From contig NW_004457713.1 of NCBI RefSeq assembly GCF_000203815.1, forward strand, positions 137,358 through 201,357: a stretch of DNA of 64,000 nt, given 5' to 3'. Positions 24,770 through 37,185 of the stretch are shown piece after piece (position 1 is the first letter of the stretch; each line of letters opens with the position of its first letter). Both the position numbers and the translations under genes were made by a program. The DNA is from Dictyostelium fasciculatum (taxonomy: Eukaryota). The notes beneath the pieces are model-generated. The model was not told the DNA's origin, searched no databases, and was given only the letters and a program-made list of their open reading frames with translations.

Positions 24770-25407
24770 TAGATAGATAGATAAATAGATAGAAATAATA
24801 ATAATAAAATAGAATATTAAATTATTACTATTTTTTATTATTATCAAAATTAAATGAATCAAATTTATTTATTTATTTTTATATCTTTTTATTATTTATT
24901 TTTATATACTTTCCAAAAAGGGGATGATGGCTAGGGGTCTTTTCAAACTTATTTCTGTGATGCACTGCCGTTTTCAATTTGCAATTGTTTTTTAGCTGGA
25001 TCATCAGGTAAACATTCAGCCTGAACAATTAGTGTAAAACTAATTTCTTTCTCTCTTTTGTGGTCTTCCATTTCTTTGATTACATAATTATGATCTTTTG
25101 CCTTGGTTTCAAACTCTTGATTTTGTCAACCTTCTTTGAGTTTGAAAAAGTACAAGATTGATTTTCTCCCAGGGTTCTTTTCACGGGTGACACAGAAAAA
25201 CCATTTTCTTTCCAATGCAATGAGGATGCAGTGGGCTCATTATCAGTATTTTTGGTTCACAGTGGGTGATCACAAACACACTGAGAGATGCTGATGTTGG
25301 TTGATGAAGAGTGCTTACCCCCACACCATACTATACTGTATTTAATCACTATCCTCGTTTCAATGTACATTGGTTATGTATATATAAAAAAATCGCTATT
25401 TATTCAA

Positions 25408-27753
25408 CTATAATTCGTAGATATCATTTTCATCAATTTCCTCTAATAGATCCAATTGTACTTGTGATGAAATATTATCTTTTTTCGATGTTGTAGTGGT
25501 GGATATAGTATCAATTAATATTTCAGACTTTGTTACAACATCATTATTGTTGGTACTATTTTCTTGTTGTGATGATATATGTTCATTATTATTATTATTA
25601 TTTCTTGGTGATTGTTGTTGTTCATTCAAAGGAGCAATATAATTAATAAGTTGACTTGATAATTGTTTTGCTAAAACCTTTCCACTTGAATAAAGAGGTT
25701 TTACTGCCTGTGCCGTTTTCTTTGCAGCCAATATACTATTTTCTTGTACTCTAGTCCATCCTTCTTTTACAATTTCCTCAATCTCATTTTCAACCAAATA
25801 ATCCTCTCTAACTGGTTGCTGTTGTTGTTGAGTTGGAGATGTTTGTTTTGGTTGAGGTTGATTGGCTTGATTTGGAGTATCGTCCAACACTCTGTTGATC
25901 AGAGATTGACCAGAGTTGAATAAAAAGGTTGATGCTCCAAAGAGAGCTTTGGAAATACCGGTTGTGATGGGCTGCAAGTCCTTCATGGATGTTGTCAGCT
26001 TGTCTTGTACGCTATCCAAGATATCTGATGGTGGTCCCGATGGATGAATGGGATATTTGGATGGAGGGGGACAAGGGTTTTGTCTAAACAATTGAGTCTT
26101 CCACAATCCAAAGTTTCTAGTTGATGACCAACGACGGATCCACCATTCATTGTATGGTGCAAGTGTATTCAATTGAGTGATAACCGTTCTGCCATCCTCT
26201 ATTTTCAATAATGATGCCATATGTGATAATAAACATAATAAATATAATTCAAATTGATCTCTAATCCATTTATCGCTACCAATATAATTATTATTATTAT
26301 TGTTAGTGTTGTTGTTGGTTTGTTGTTCCAATGTAGTTAAAATATTATCGATAAATCTTCTATCAGATGATGATAGTTCTAAAACTTTATACAATGATTC
26401 ATCTCTATATAATATATCTCCACTTGGTATCTAAAAAAAAATTAATATTAAAATTGAGAATGATGATTGATATTGTTCTTTTCTTACATCAATAATAACT
26501 TGAGTAGTTGAAGGAGGTGATTTTAAAAATAAATTATTTGAAGTACCAACCAAGTATGATTTTTGGTTATTTGTTGTAGTTTGTTGCGGTTGTTGTTGTT
26601 GTTGATTGGTACTACTACTACTACTACTACTACCATTACTTGAAAGAGATGAAATTTGATGTAGCGAAAGGTATGGTTGTAGAATTGACTTTGAAAATAA
26701 GTTGAGTGGGAAAAGATAAGAGTCTAGATCATGTCTATTCACTTCATTGGATCTATCCATATAGAATGACTGGTTGACGGCTGGATTCAATGAAAGGAAT
26801 TGTTCAAAACTACGTGGGAAAAGTGAGACTAGTGATATGATTGAATCACAGACTGCATTGACTGGTTGAGGACAAAACTCTACAACACCACGCTCCAACA
26901 TGAGTAATTTAAAAAGTACCAATGTACTTCTACCAAAATGATTCACCAACTTTTTAACAGATCCTTCCTCTCCCGTAAAAAATAATGATGGTTGAATTGG
27001 TATACGGTCACGTTCCATTGCTTGTTGTTCAGTTGGTAATAATACAGTTGAAGAAGAAGTAGAAGAAGAAGTAGTAGTAGAGGAAGGGGATGATAATGAT
27101 GTTGATGACGAATCTCGTTGTCGTTCGTCCATTGAATCCTTTACTATTTGTTGTAAAAGTCGATTGTTTAATTGTTCTTTACATGTATCTTGAAATGATT
27201 GATTCTTTGTATCAAACCAATTGATCAACATATCATATTTTGTAAAATCACCTTGAGAAAAGAAACAATGAGTTGCTACTCTTAATTGTGTTGAAAATGT
27301 ATAAAATATTGGCTAAGCACATATTGATCAAATAAATGTTAGTTATATATATAGTTCAATATAGTTTTCTTTTCTTTTCTTTTTCTTTTACTTTTTTGAT
27401 TTACTTACAAAGTTTGATAAAATAAATATAGATTTTTGAATAGAGGAACGAGTATCTGAAGAAGATAAAGAATGTGATGGTAGATCCTTTGTATGAACTT
27501 GTTTAAAGTGTGCTATACCATAGAGACGATGAGATGGTGAAGAAATGGGATCGACTTCATTCAATATAAAAAAGGTGTAATCCTCTGAAGAGTTGTGTAC
27601 ACCATCAGGTATTGCAGAGAATGGTAATATATCCCAATCATATCTCTTTTTATCAATATTGTTGTTATCATCTAATGATGGATAAGTCCATTCTAACCTG
27701 TTACCAAGTTGATGATGGAATCCTACAACTCCAATATATTCAATCAATTTCAT
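25408..27753 (-). CDS. avl9: AVL9 (late-secretory-pathway, DENN-related) homologue. Exons 27753..27409, 27312..26488, 26430..25408
   Basis: Exon 1 ..IEYIGVVGFHHQLGNRLEWTYP..DWDILPFSAIPDGVHNSSEDYTFFIL..LYGIAHFKQVHTKDLP..IQKSIFILS matches the AVL9 N-terminus (VVVGFHHKKGCQVEFSYP / LPFLALPDGAHNYQEDTVFFHL). Exon 2 ..LVLFKLLMLERGVVEFCPQPVNAVCDSIISLVSLFP. Exon 3 ..DKWIRDQFELYLLCLL (AVL9 DEWIRAQFAVYIHALL). GTAAGT/GTAAGA donors, introns of 96 and 57 nt, all junctions in phase 0. Confidence 0.75.
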
Positions 27754-28285
27754 TTACTAACTATTACTACTATATCTATTTATCTCTATATTGATTGCTT
27801 TTAAAAAGTTAATACTTCTTTTGTATGAATGAGAGCAATAATAACAAGAACAACCCCAAATGTGGTTAGTCATCTTCATTTTTCGAAAATTAAATTAATT
27901 TATTAATTTAATTATCCAAAACAATATTCTCTCAAAAAAAAATAAAAATAATAATAAAAATGATTATTGTAAGATGAAAAGGTCTCCATTACCAAGGTCG
28001 TCGTCTGATATTCGGTTTGAATCGATAAGAGAGAGGAGGGAGAATGTGAGAGCATTCTGGTCGGCTAAAAAAAATTAATTAAAAAAATTAAATTATCGAG
28101 TGACTCGTCCTTCGCTGTGCTCAAAACCGAAATCGATTTACATTATTGAGGGGTTATTACCCACCACCCAACACAGATAATACTTTATTATTATTTATTA
28201 TTTCTTTATTTTATTTAAATAACGAGGAAGAAACTTGAACACTTTATTGTTCTCTAGAAAAATATACTTATTCACCCCAACAACA

Positions 28286-29146
28286 ATGTCAGTTCATCCA
28301 CACATCAAGAGAGTCATCTTTACTGATCAACAAATTAAGGATCGTATCATAGAAGTTGGCAAAGAAATTACAAATGTATGATGATCATATACACACGCAC
28401 AAACATAAGTATATTCTATAAAGAGAGGAGTGAAGAGTGGAATGGAGAGTGGTAATGAGTGAGGTTGTATAGTTTGTTATGTTTTGTTTTGTTTTGTTAA
28501 AACAATAAAATAAATAAATCAATGGTTTAAACAGTCTTATGTTCTTTGTTTTTCTTTTTCTTTTTCTTTTTTTTTGGTTACATATTTTTGAGAACTTCAT
28601 CATTTCTTTGTTTTATTTGATTTATTTTCGATTTATTAATGATATATTCTTTTCTTTTTCTATTTTATTTTTTTTTAGGATTATAAAGATTCAAAAGAAT
28701 TAGTATTAATTGGAGTATTAAAGGGATCATTTATGTATATGGCAGATTTGGTTCGTGCCATTAATCTCCCAAATACTCATGTTTCCGTTGATTTCATGTC
28801 GATCTCTTCGTATGGTCATGGAACCACTTCGTCTGGTGTCGTTAAAATTAATATGGATCTCAAGGCTGATATTGCTGGCAAGGATGTCATTGTCGTCGAA
28901 GATATCATCGACACTGGTTTGACACTCCAAAGCCTCCTTGTTAACCTCCAAGCACGTAATCCTGCCTCTCTCCAAGTCTCTGTTCTCCTCCGTAAAAAAG
29001 AAGCACTCAAGGTAGAAGTACCATGTAAATACATTGGTTTCGATATTCCAATTGTTTTCATTGTTGGCTATGGTTTGGATTTTGCCGAAAAATATAGAGA
29101 ATTGCCATACCTTGGTGAACTCAAAGAAGAAGCATACAAAAACTAA
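28286..29146 (+). CDS. hprT: Hypoxanthine-guanine phosphoribosyltransferase. Exons 28286..28375 and 28679..29146
   Basis: Exon 1 MSVHPHIKRVIFTDQQIKDRIIEVGKEITN, GTATGA donor, 303-nt intron. Exon 2 DYKDSKELVLIGVLKGSFMYMADLVRAI..VDFMSISSYG..VIVVEDIIDTGLT.. carries the PRPP-binding motif (VVEDIIDTGxT) and the HPRT loop. 185 aa in total. Confidence 0.85.
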
Positions 29147-29531
29147 CCATCATGACACACATATATATTAATTATCTATAAATCCCTCCCTTTAAATTGT
29201 AAACAACTCAACCCAACTCAACTCTCTTCTATAATCTTATTATTATTATTATTATTATTATTTTTTTTTTTGATTGATCAAATGATATCATATTATATAT
29301 TTGAAAGAGATAGAGAAGAGGAAATAGAATCCCTTATTTATTTATTTATTTATTTACAAAAAGTGTACAAGGTTGGTTGGATGATATTATGTTAGATTAG
29401 GTTAGTTAATTTTACAAATGATTTGTTTAAAAGGTTGTGTCACCATGGTGAATATTAATTAATATTAAATTGTGTGATTTGATGATGAGATATTTACAAA
29501 GATTATTTCAAAGGGATGTGATTAAGTTAAT

Positions 29532-30687
29532 TTAGTTTATCATATCACAAATAGTATGAACCATAGCAACACCAGAACTACAAGATGGAACGATTGATTT
29601 ATAGATGGTGGACGATAGAGAAAAACAAGACTTTTGTTTTTGACAGTATAGAGTACCACAGTTTTTGATGGCACACGATGACTCTGTGAATTCTACGAGT
29701 GAGTTGCACTGGTTTTGGTTCATACAGTTGTAGAATGCTACACTGGCATCGCCACATGCAGTGGTGGTGACTTGACCCTGTGAGAAACATCTGCCTTGAC
29801 CATTACCACTACACAAACATGATTCACCAACCTTGCATCCCGACCCAGTCTCAAGGTTACAATTAACAGTTGGTGGAGTTGAAGTCATAAAGGAGGCAGC
29901 GTCTTGAACAGATTCACAAGTGTTACTGGTAGTATTACACAACAGTCCTTTAGTATGATCACATACTCCAAAGTCAACGGATGATGTTGAACAAGCACCA
30001 CCTAGACCAACAGAGAATGGAGCTACACAGATACTAGATTGACCGTCATGTTGAAGTTGACAAATAGCATTGGATTGACATTTTTGTGTGTCGTCTGAAC
30101 AAGTTTCACCTAGACCAACACGATTGGAACATGTGGAGGTGACGGAACTACAGAATTGATTGAATGAACATTGAATGTCTGATGAACATTTTGATGAGGG
30201 GTTGGCACAAACATTGTACATGCAGTCTAGTCCACTACCACATTCATGGTCTTGTTGACAGGATTGACCTAGTTGACCGTAGATCATCTCTGAGCAGACA
30301 CCATATCTACAGGTACTAATCCCCTTACATTGTTTGTCATAGATACAAGGTCCACCCTTTTCAGATTGTGGTTGACATTCACCATAAAATGGATTACAAA
30401 ATAATCCAGTTGAACATAGTGATTCTATATTTGTATCTGGTATCGTTCCACTAAAGTAATTAATTAAATAATTAAAAATTAAAAAGTATATATATTATTT
30501 TTGTTAATATTATAATATTTATAATATTTATATAATTTTGAGAATAAGTTGTAGGTACATACCAAAATTGACCGATACTACCAGAACATTGAACTTTGCT
30601 TCTAAGATCAATACATGAGGAGGATATTAATGAAATATTTAAAATAATAAATGATAATGTCAATAATAATTGTTGTTTGTTGATCAT
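29532..30687 (-). CDS. Secreted cysteine-rich protein with Dickkopf-N-like Cys repeats. Exons 30687..30563 and 30450..29532
   Basis: Exon 1 encodes a signal peptide (MINKQQLLLTLSFIILNISLISSSC..). GTATGT donor in phase 2, about 112-nt intron, TTTAG acceptor joining ..GSIGQF|CGTIPDTNIESLCSTGLFC... The product has about 45 Cys in repeated units (e.g. GQSCQQDHECGSGLDCMYNVC, GETCSDDTQKCQSNAICQ). No TM or GPI tail. Same family architecture as the gene at 1440..2816. Confidence 0.6.
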
Positions 30688-32503
30688 TTTTGTTGTTGTT
30701 GTGAGATTTAAATTGATAAATCAAATGTGATTGTATGTTTAAATAATTATTTGATGAATTGAATTATTTGATTGATTGTGTTATTATTTTTAGGAACCTT
30801 AAAAGTAGGGTTATTTATATTTTGTGATTGCGAAACAAACATGAGGGCAAAGGATTTATGAGAAAAGTTGGAAAGTTGGTTGATACCAAATTTATAAGAT
30901 AAGAAACCTCCCTTCGTACAAAGGGAGTTGGTTGGTGTGTTGTGGGGGTAATAACAAATCACGACGATGGTACCCAATTGGTTGCTGCTGTTGCTGCTGC
31001 TGCTGCTGTTTCTGATTGTTGTGTTTTCAAAGATTTTGATATAACTAGATCACTGTCAATAAACAGTTTAAATCTTGATCGATGTCCAAATACCAACGAT
31101 TCACACAAGTTGTGGTGGTACCCTATCATTCTTTTTTTGACAGATGAAAGAGCAGCAGCAGATGTTGTAAGTTTCCTTTCCAATACTTTTCTGCCAAAAC
31201 CGCTAAACCCTTGCCTCTTGTCTGCAGTGGTGGTGGTTTGTCAAGATCTGTGAGAGAGAGCGGTTGCTGCTATTAGCTGGTATGTTTAGATTACTCGCGC
31301 GGTGCTCATAGCGAACACCACCACCACCATCACCAGAGAAACGATCGTGAATGGGCGGTTCTAAACGTTTACTTAAATCCATTCATTGAATGTATCCTTA
31401 TTTACAATGATGGAGGAGGAGGAGGGGGGGTGCAACAGAGAATAGCCCCTATGAAATATCCATAAAAGATATACAACACTGCAAAGATGCCAGCACAACT
31501 ACTCTTTCTCTCCTGTTGTGTGTGGAGGGGGTTAGCAACCAATGGCGCAATCAGAGTTCAATCTCCAATGATCAATTTCATCGGAATGATGAAACTCTCT
31601 ATTTTATTATTTTTTTAATATAATTCATTTTATAGGGGAGAAGATATCTAGTACAATGAGATCAATCAAGACAGTGATCTACAACGCAACAACCCTAACA
31701 GATAAAGAAAGGAGAAGTTGTAACTTTATTGGTACAACAGCAGCATTAGGAAATAATCTTTTGGATTGAGGGGCAGATCAATGATTTTGTTGTAGCGGTG
31801 ACTGCCAGTCAGTGGCAGGTAGTTAGTTGAACTACTATAAATGAGATGTAAACCATCAATCAAATAGATCTAAATCTATAGTCTAGGCTAGAGAGGAGAG
31901 TAGGTAGAGTCTCTCTAATAACTTATGACTATTAAAAGTAAACTACCGAAATAGGTAGTAAGTGTTGGTGTCCCACGTTGAAGAGGGTGGTGGTATTCCC
32001 TTAATCGTTAGTTAACTATGTAAGATTAACAACAATTATATTACATTGGTGTTTATTACCCCCAAAGAAGAAGAAGAAGAATAGTTGATTGTGTGAGTGA
32101 GGAGCTTTGGAAATGACTGTCATGACATTAATCAATCAATCAATTAATCAATTAATCAGTGGGGTAAACAAATTATTATTATTATTATTATTATTATTAT
32201 TTTTCATTCATTCATTCATTGGTTAGAATATATAGAAATTAGATAACATGTCAAACATGTCATCCATCATTGCTAATTCTATAGAATTTAAATATTAATA
32301 ATATTATTTATTTTATAGAACACCTAAAAGTATTTAAACACCATGGTAACTATCATCATACAAACATACATACAAACAAACATACAAACAAAACAATTAA
32401 CCAACTAAATCAACTTACTATAGTAATATTATTAATTATCATCAACAACAAAAACAAAAACAACAATATTTATTTATTTCCAAAATAATCCTATACTTTA
32501 ATC

Positions 32504-33229
32504 ATGTTTAAATTATCATTAAGATCTTTATTATTAATTTCAATCATTATTATTTCAACAATTAATAGTGGCAGTGGTGGTGTTATTGTTGTTAGAGGAG
32601 AGCAATATATATTCCAAGGTAGTTTTAATAAAGATGATGGTGGTAGAATTACAATTATCAAAACTTTGACTGGATGGTCATTGACAAGTGACGTTGCAAT
32701 GAAGACACCAATGCAAAACAAAGTTGATATTATCATTGATTTTGTACCTGCCAAAGGTTCAAATACCTCTGATGAAGGTTTCCCATTAAAGTTTGTGTCT
32801 ACTGGTTTCCCCACTCCTTCAAATGTCACCATCTACCAAGTCAGTGTCAACGATGTCTCTGGTGTACCATCAATGGACGATGCAGTTGCTCAAGCCACCA
32901 AAACCAATGCTACCGATCGCTTTACACTCCAAATTGAAGATAAAAAGAATAGCTTTACTGCTCCATTAGCCTATGCCCTTCAATCGACCACTGGAGCCAC
33001 CACCAATAATCTAACAACTACTACTTCTTCACCCTTCACTACCACTACATCTGGTAATCTAACAACTACTACTTCAACCTCTACAACTACTTCATCATCT
33101 ACTACAGGTGTTGATGAACCAGTTACTACAACTACAACAACTAGAGCAACCACTGGTAATTCAAACATACTCATCCCATCAACATTATTAATCTCTATCA
33201 TTGTTACCATTATTTCAATTCTTTTATAA
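32504..33229 (+). CDS. GPI-anchored, Thr-rich cell-surface glycoprotein, single exon
   Basis: ATG at 32504. N-terminal signal peptide (MFKLSLRSLLLISIIIISTINSG), a globular region, then Thr/Ser-rich mucin-like repeats (NLTTTTSSPFTTTTSGNLTTTTSTSTTTSSSTTG) and a C-terminal hydrophobic tail (LIPSTLLISIIVTIISILL) that fits a GPI attachment signal. Confidence 0.6.
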   Translation: MFKLSLRSLLLISIIIISTINSGSGGVIVVRGEQYIFQGSFNKDDGGRITIIKTLTGWSLTSDVAMKTPMQNKVDIIIDFVPAKGSNTSDEGFPLKFVSTGFPTPSNVTIYQVSVNDVSGVPSMDDAVAQATKTNATDRFTLQIEDKKNSFTAPLAYALQSTTGATTNNLTTTTSSPFTTTTSGNLTTTTSTSTTTSSSTTGVDEPVTTTTTTRATTGNSNILIPSTLLISIIVTIISILL

Positions 33230-33456
33230 ATCAACTCAACTAAATATAGTTATAGTTAACATAATTGTTATATAGATATATTACTCATCCATTCACTCAA
33301 CAACAACAACAACAATTAATAAAAGTTGTGTATTTGTATTTATTAAATAAAATAATTGATTAATTAATTAATTTACGATATTGTTTGTTTTGAATTTGGA
33401 ACATCCAAAAAAATTGGAGGGAAATTGTATAATATATTATTTAGTTTTGAAATCAT

Positions 33457-35304
33457 ATGATGAGGAGAAGTGTAAAGGTTAAGAAAGAGGTGGAAGAAGA
33501 AGAAGATTACTTTGGAGGTAGTGAAGAGGAGAAAGAAGAGGAATCAGAGTCAGAGGAGGAAGTTAAACAAAAGAAGAAAAGAGTAAAACGAGAGACTGTT
33601 ATTTCGACGACCACGACGACAAAGACTAGTAAACGAAGATCATCAATTAAAATTAAAGAAGAATCAGACGAGTCAGAGGAAGAATCAGAATCAGAATCAG
33701 AATCAGAGTTATCAGATTCAGATATAGATATAGAGAAAAAAAGAAAAGTAGAACATTCAATTAAATATCATCAATTTAAAGCAGATGATATTAAATTGAT
33801 TAGAACTAATTTATTACAATGGTATCAAAAGAATAAAAGAGATTTACCTTGGAGATTGAAATCATTACCAATAAAAGACAAAGATGGTAGTGTGACGGTC
33901 AAACAACTAACACAACAAGAACATGCATATAGAGTATGGGTTAGTGAAATAATGTGCCAACAAACTAGAATATCTGTGGTGGTTGATTATTTCAATAGAT
34001 GGATGACTGAATGGCCAAGTGTTGGTGATTTGGCAAGAGCAACATTGGAAGATGTCAACAAGGTTTGGGCTGGACTAGGTTACTATCGTCGTGCAAAACA
34101 TTTACATCTTGGTGCACAGTATGTTGTCAGTAACCTCAAATCTATCATTCCAGGTACTCCAGATGGTTTGGTAAAGATACCTGGTATCGGTCCATATAGT
34201 GCTGGTGCCATTTCATCCATTGCCTTCAACAACTCTGTACCACTTGTCGATGGTAATGTCATTAGAGTACTAAGTCGATTAAGGGCAATTGGTTCAGATC
34301 CAAAGAAAAAAGATTCAATTAAATTGCATTGGAAGTTGGCCGGTGACATTGTAGACCCTTCTCATCCAGGTGATTTTAATCAATCACTTATGGAATTAGG
34401 TGCAACAGTTTGTACAATCACCTCACCACTTTGTAATCAATGTCCAATCAATACAATATGCAATGCTAAAAAAGAAATGGAAAAAGATTCAAAGACATCA
34501 AAAACAACAACAACAACAACAACAACAACAAAGAATTCCATTTCAAATTATTTTATAAAGCAAACAAATAATAATAATAATACAATTAAAAAAGTTGAAG
34601 AGAAAGAGGAGGAAAAGGAAGAGTCTGAACCGAAAATAATGGATATTGAGGATTTATGTAAAGTTTGTGATAGTTGGTCAGATACTGATTCACCAACTAC
34701 AACTGTTTGTAAATACCCAAAAAAGGTCAAGAAAACAAAAGCAAGAGAAGAGAATGTTCAAGTATTTATCATTCAAGATGTAGATACTGATCTGTTTTGG
34801 GTGGTTCAGAGACCTGATCCTGGACTATTGGCAAATCTTTGGGAATCTCCTTGTCACATTACTACTTTGACGACCGCAACTAAAAAAAAGGCAAAGACGA
34901 AAAAGGATCAAGACTCTGATTCAGATTCAGATTCAGACTCTAGTTTGTCAGATGAAAAAGAACAAGTACAAGTTGGAAAAAGAAAAATGAAGGAGAAGAA
35001 GAATAGTAGTAGTATTAAAGTAAAAGTAGAAGAGAATCAAATTAAAGATACAATTAAAAAAATATCAGCGGCAATGTCAAATGCAATAAGTATTCAATCG
35101 ATTAAATCATTGGGTAGTACAAAACATATATTTTCTCATATCATACAACAATTGGATGTTCATTTGGTGCAAGTTAAATTCAATCAAACCAAAAACAAAT
35201 CTACCGTCAAGGATAAACAAAATCATAAATGGGTAACAAAAGATAAATTAATGTTGATTGGTATATCCAATCAAATGAAAAAATGTTTTAAATTAATTAA
35301 ATAA
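33457..35304 (+). CDS. mutyh: MutY homologue (A/G-specific adenine DNA glycosylase, MUTYH), single exon
   Basis: LLQWYQKNKRDLPWR, VWVSEIMCQQTRISVVVDYFNRWMTEWPSVGDLA, the HhH motif VKIPGIGPYSAGAISSIAFN and the [4Fe-4S] loop CTITSPLCNQCPINTIC (C-x6-C-x2-C-x5-C). C-terminal NUDIX-like domain. The N-terminus has acidic/Ser low-complexity and the C-terminal half has Lys/Ser-rich inserts. Confidence 0.85.
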   Translation: MMRRSVKVKKEVEEEEDYFGGSEEEKEEESESEEEVKQKKKRVKRETVISTTTTTKTSKRRSSIKIKEESDESEEESESESESELSDSDIDIEKKRKVEHSIKYHQFKADDIKLIRTNLLQWYQKNKRDLPWRLKSLPIKDKDGSVTVKQLTQQEHAYRVWVSEIMCQQTRISVVVDYFNRWMTEWPSVGDLARATLEDVNKVWAGLGYYRRAKHLHLGAQYVVSNLKSIIPGTPDGLVKIPGIGPYSAGAISSIAFNNSVPLVDGNVIRVLSRLRAIGSDPKKKDSIKLHWKLAGDIVDPSHPGDFNQSLMELGATVCTITSPLCNQCPINTICNAKKEMEKDSKTSKTTTTTTTTTKNSISNYFIKQTNNNNNTIKKVEEKEEEKEESEPKIMDIEDLCKVCDSWSDTDSPTTTVCKYPKKVKKTKAREENVQVFIIQDVDTDLFWVVQRPDPGLLANLWESPCHITTLTTATKKKAKTKKDQDSDSDSDSDSSLSDEKEQVQVGKRKMKEKKNSSSIKVKVEENQIKDTIKKISAAMSNAISIQSIKSLGSTKHIFSHIIQQLDVHLVQVKFNQTKNKSTVKDKQNHKWVTKDKLMLIGISNQMKKCFKLIK

Positions 35305-35467
35305 ATAAATACCAAGTGTCTGCTAAAATAATTAAACTATTTATTACGTTTAAAAAAAAAGAAAAAACGAATGAAACATCGAGTAACCGATCTTTTTTCT
35401 GTATTGTCCAACAATATTCAAACAAATAAACATATTATAATTAGATATTATATTATATATACATACA

Positions 35468-35494
35468 TAGATATACAACCAACCTTTTTATTTC
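35468..35494 (+). promoter_or_regulatory. Copy of the conserved upstream element (GATATACAACCAACCTTTTTATTTCAAA) immediately 5' of F-box/LRR copy B
   Basis: See the feature at 15444..15470. The identical core ATATACAACCAAC precedes all three paralogous copies. Confidence 0.3.
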
Positions 35495-35497
35495 AAA

Positions 35498-37062
35498 ATG
35501 GGACCCAAAAAGAAATCAAAAAAAGTTATTAATACAGTGACAACAACAACAACAACAGATGATCTAGATTTAAATCATCGAGAATCATTACCAGTATTGA
35601 TTCAAAACAAGATTATAGATTTATTGGTGAATGAAAGATCAGAGGTTTTTGAAAAGACATACATTACATTTACAGATGAATTGTATCAATTGGCCAAAGT
35701 CAACAAAAGATGGTTTGCATTGATCTCTTCAAGAATCGATCAAGTCAGTGTCAGGGAGCTCACCAATAAGCCATTCAAACCTTCTGGTAGAAAGGTTCAT
35801 CCATTGATCAAGTTACTCAAAGTTCAACAAAGCGACAAGTACTCAATCATCAGACGTCTCAAATCACTTCTACTAGACATTAAACCAGCCACCACTCAAG
35901 AAGAAGCAAATTGCATCAATGAAATGTTTAGAAAGATTGCATTGCAAGAAAAGTTTCCCTTTACATCATCATTGGAACACATCTACTTTCCAACCGGCTG
36001 GTGGGACGAATACGATATTGCAGAGGATTTCGAACGCTTTTTCACCGAGGATTACATGAGGAAGTATTCTTGCACGAGTAAAACGACTGGATTAGGTTTC
36101 AAAATGACCAAAATCTTTGCAAATCTTTCCTCAATGACATTGACATTGGACTATGAAACACGTGATGGTGGTACGATGCTTGGAATGATTAAAACAATCA
36201 AAGAGCATATGACACAAGTAAAGAATTTGTCTTGGAGTATTGAATGTGGATCGGATGGTGAAGGATCTGAATATGACAGTTTTGAACCTCTTTGGGATCA
36301 CTCAACAACCAACTTTAACCTCGAACAACTTTCAATCGATTGTTATGGAATGAAAATGAAACATTTATATAATGTATTTAGAGAGGAATCCAAGTTGGCA
36401 TTTTTCAAAGCTGCTCATTATGTATTGAAAAGCAATACTGATGATTTGGATATGGCAGTTGATTCAATTAAAACCAATAGTACAATGACAAGTTTGAAAT
36501 TGAAAAACATTTATTCCAATTTAACAAACGATGAAAAGATTAAAATTCAAAAAGCATTGGCATCCAACCAAACCATTACCAATTTATCAATTTGTCAAGA
36601 TCTATTTGGTGTATCATCGTCCAATTCAACTGATATTCTCAGTCAATCATTAATTGAATTCCAATATTTTGAATCAACACAATTTAATATTAGTGGTATG
36701 TATACGACGTATAATGCGTGATAGAAACAAAACATCGAGTGTATAAATATTTACATTCATTCCATTTTTTTTTTTTAGAACCATTAAATAATTTAAATGT
36801 TATTAATTCATTAATAATGATTATTGAAACCAATAGTCATCCAAATCTTAAATCGATTGGTATCAGAATGGATAAAGATTATTTAGATAAACAACTCAAA
36901 GATAGATTTATCAAAGCATGCAAGTCAAATACAACTCTTGATACTTTTAAATTCAAATATCTATATCCTTTAGAATCATTTGAATTAAGATTACAAGATG
37001 TATCATCATCCAATAATATTGATGAAAGAATTAACAACTTTTGGAATAGAATCAAAAACTAA
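35498..37062 (+). CDS. F-box/LRR protein, copy B of the inverted paralogue pair. Exons 35498..36695 and 36779..37062
   Basis: Same architecture as copy A (13885..15434). Exon 1 is 1198 nt and ends NISG with a GTATGT donor in phase 1; 83-nt intron; TTTTAG acceptor. Exon 2 EPLNNLNVINSLIMIIETNSHPNLKSIGIRMDKDYLDKQLKDRF..NNFWNRIKN. Long stretches are nucleotide-identical to copy A, e.g. from GTCAACAAAAGATGGTTTGCATT through ..GAGGATTACATGAGGAAGTATTC. Confidence 0.75.
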
Positions 37063-37185
37063 CCACTGGGTTTTTTTGATCGATCTTTTTTTTTTGTATT
37101 GTTCAACAACAATAATAATAATAATAATAATATTCATATATATAAACACATATTTATACATTCATAACATATATACAACCAACCT

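Noticed and set aside
30540-30600. Apparent 1-nt disagreements between my manual base counting and ORF-track coordinates (also near 55140)
   Set aside because: These are most likely my counting errors when reading blocks by eye. I used the ORF-track frames as authoritative, so splice coordinates are quoted as approximate (±1–2 nt) rather than claiming indels.
30942-31253. ORFs 30942..31253 (plus) and 30959..31183 (minus)
   Set aside because: They are driven by a (GCT/GCA)n Ala-run inside the GC-balanced island, with no codon-usage or splice-context support. The island is reported instead as a possible ncRNA or transposon-relic region.
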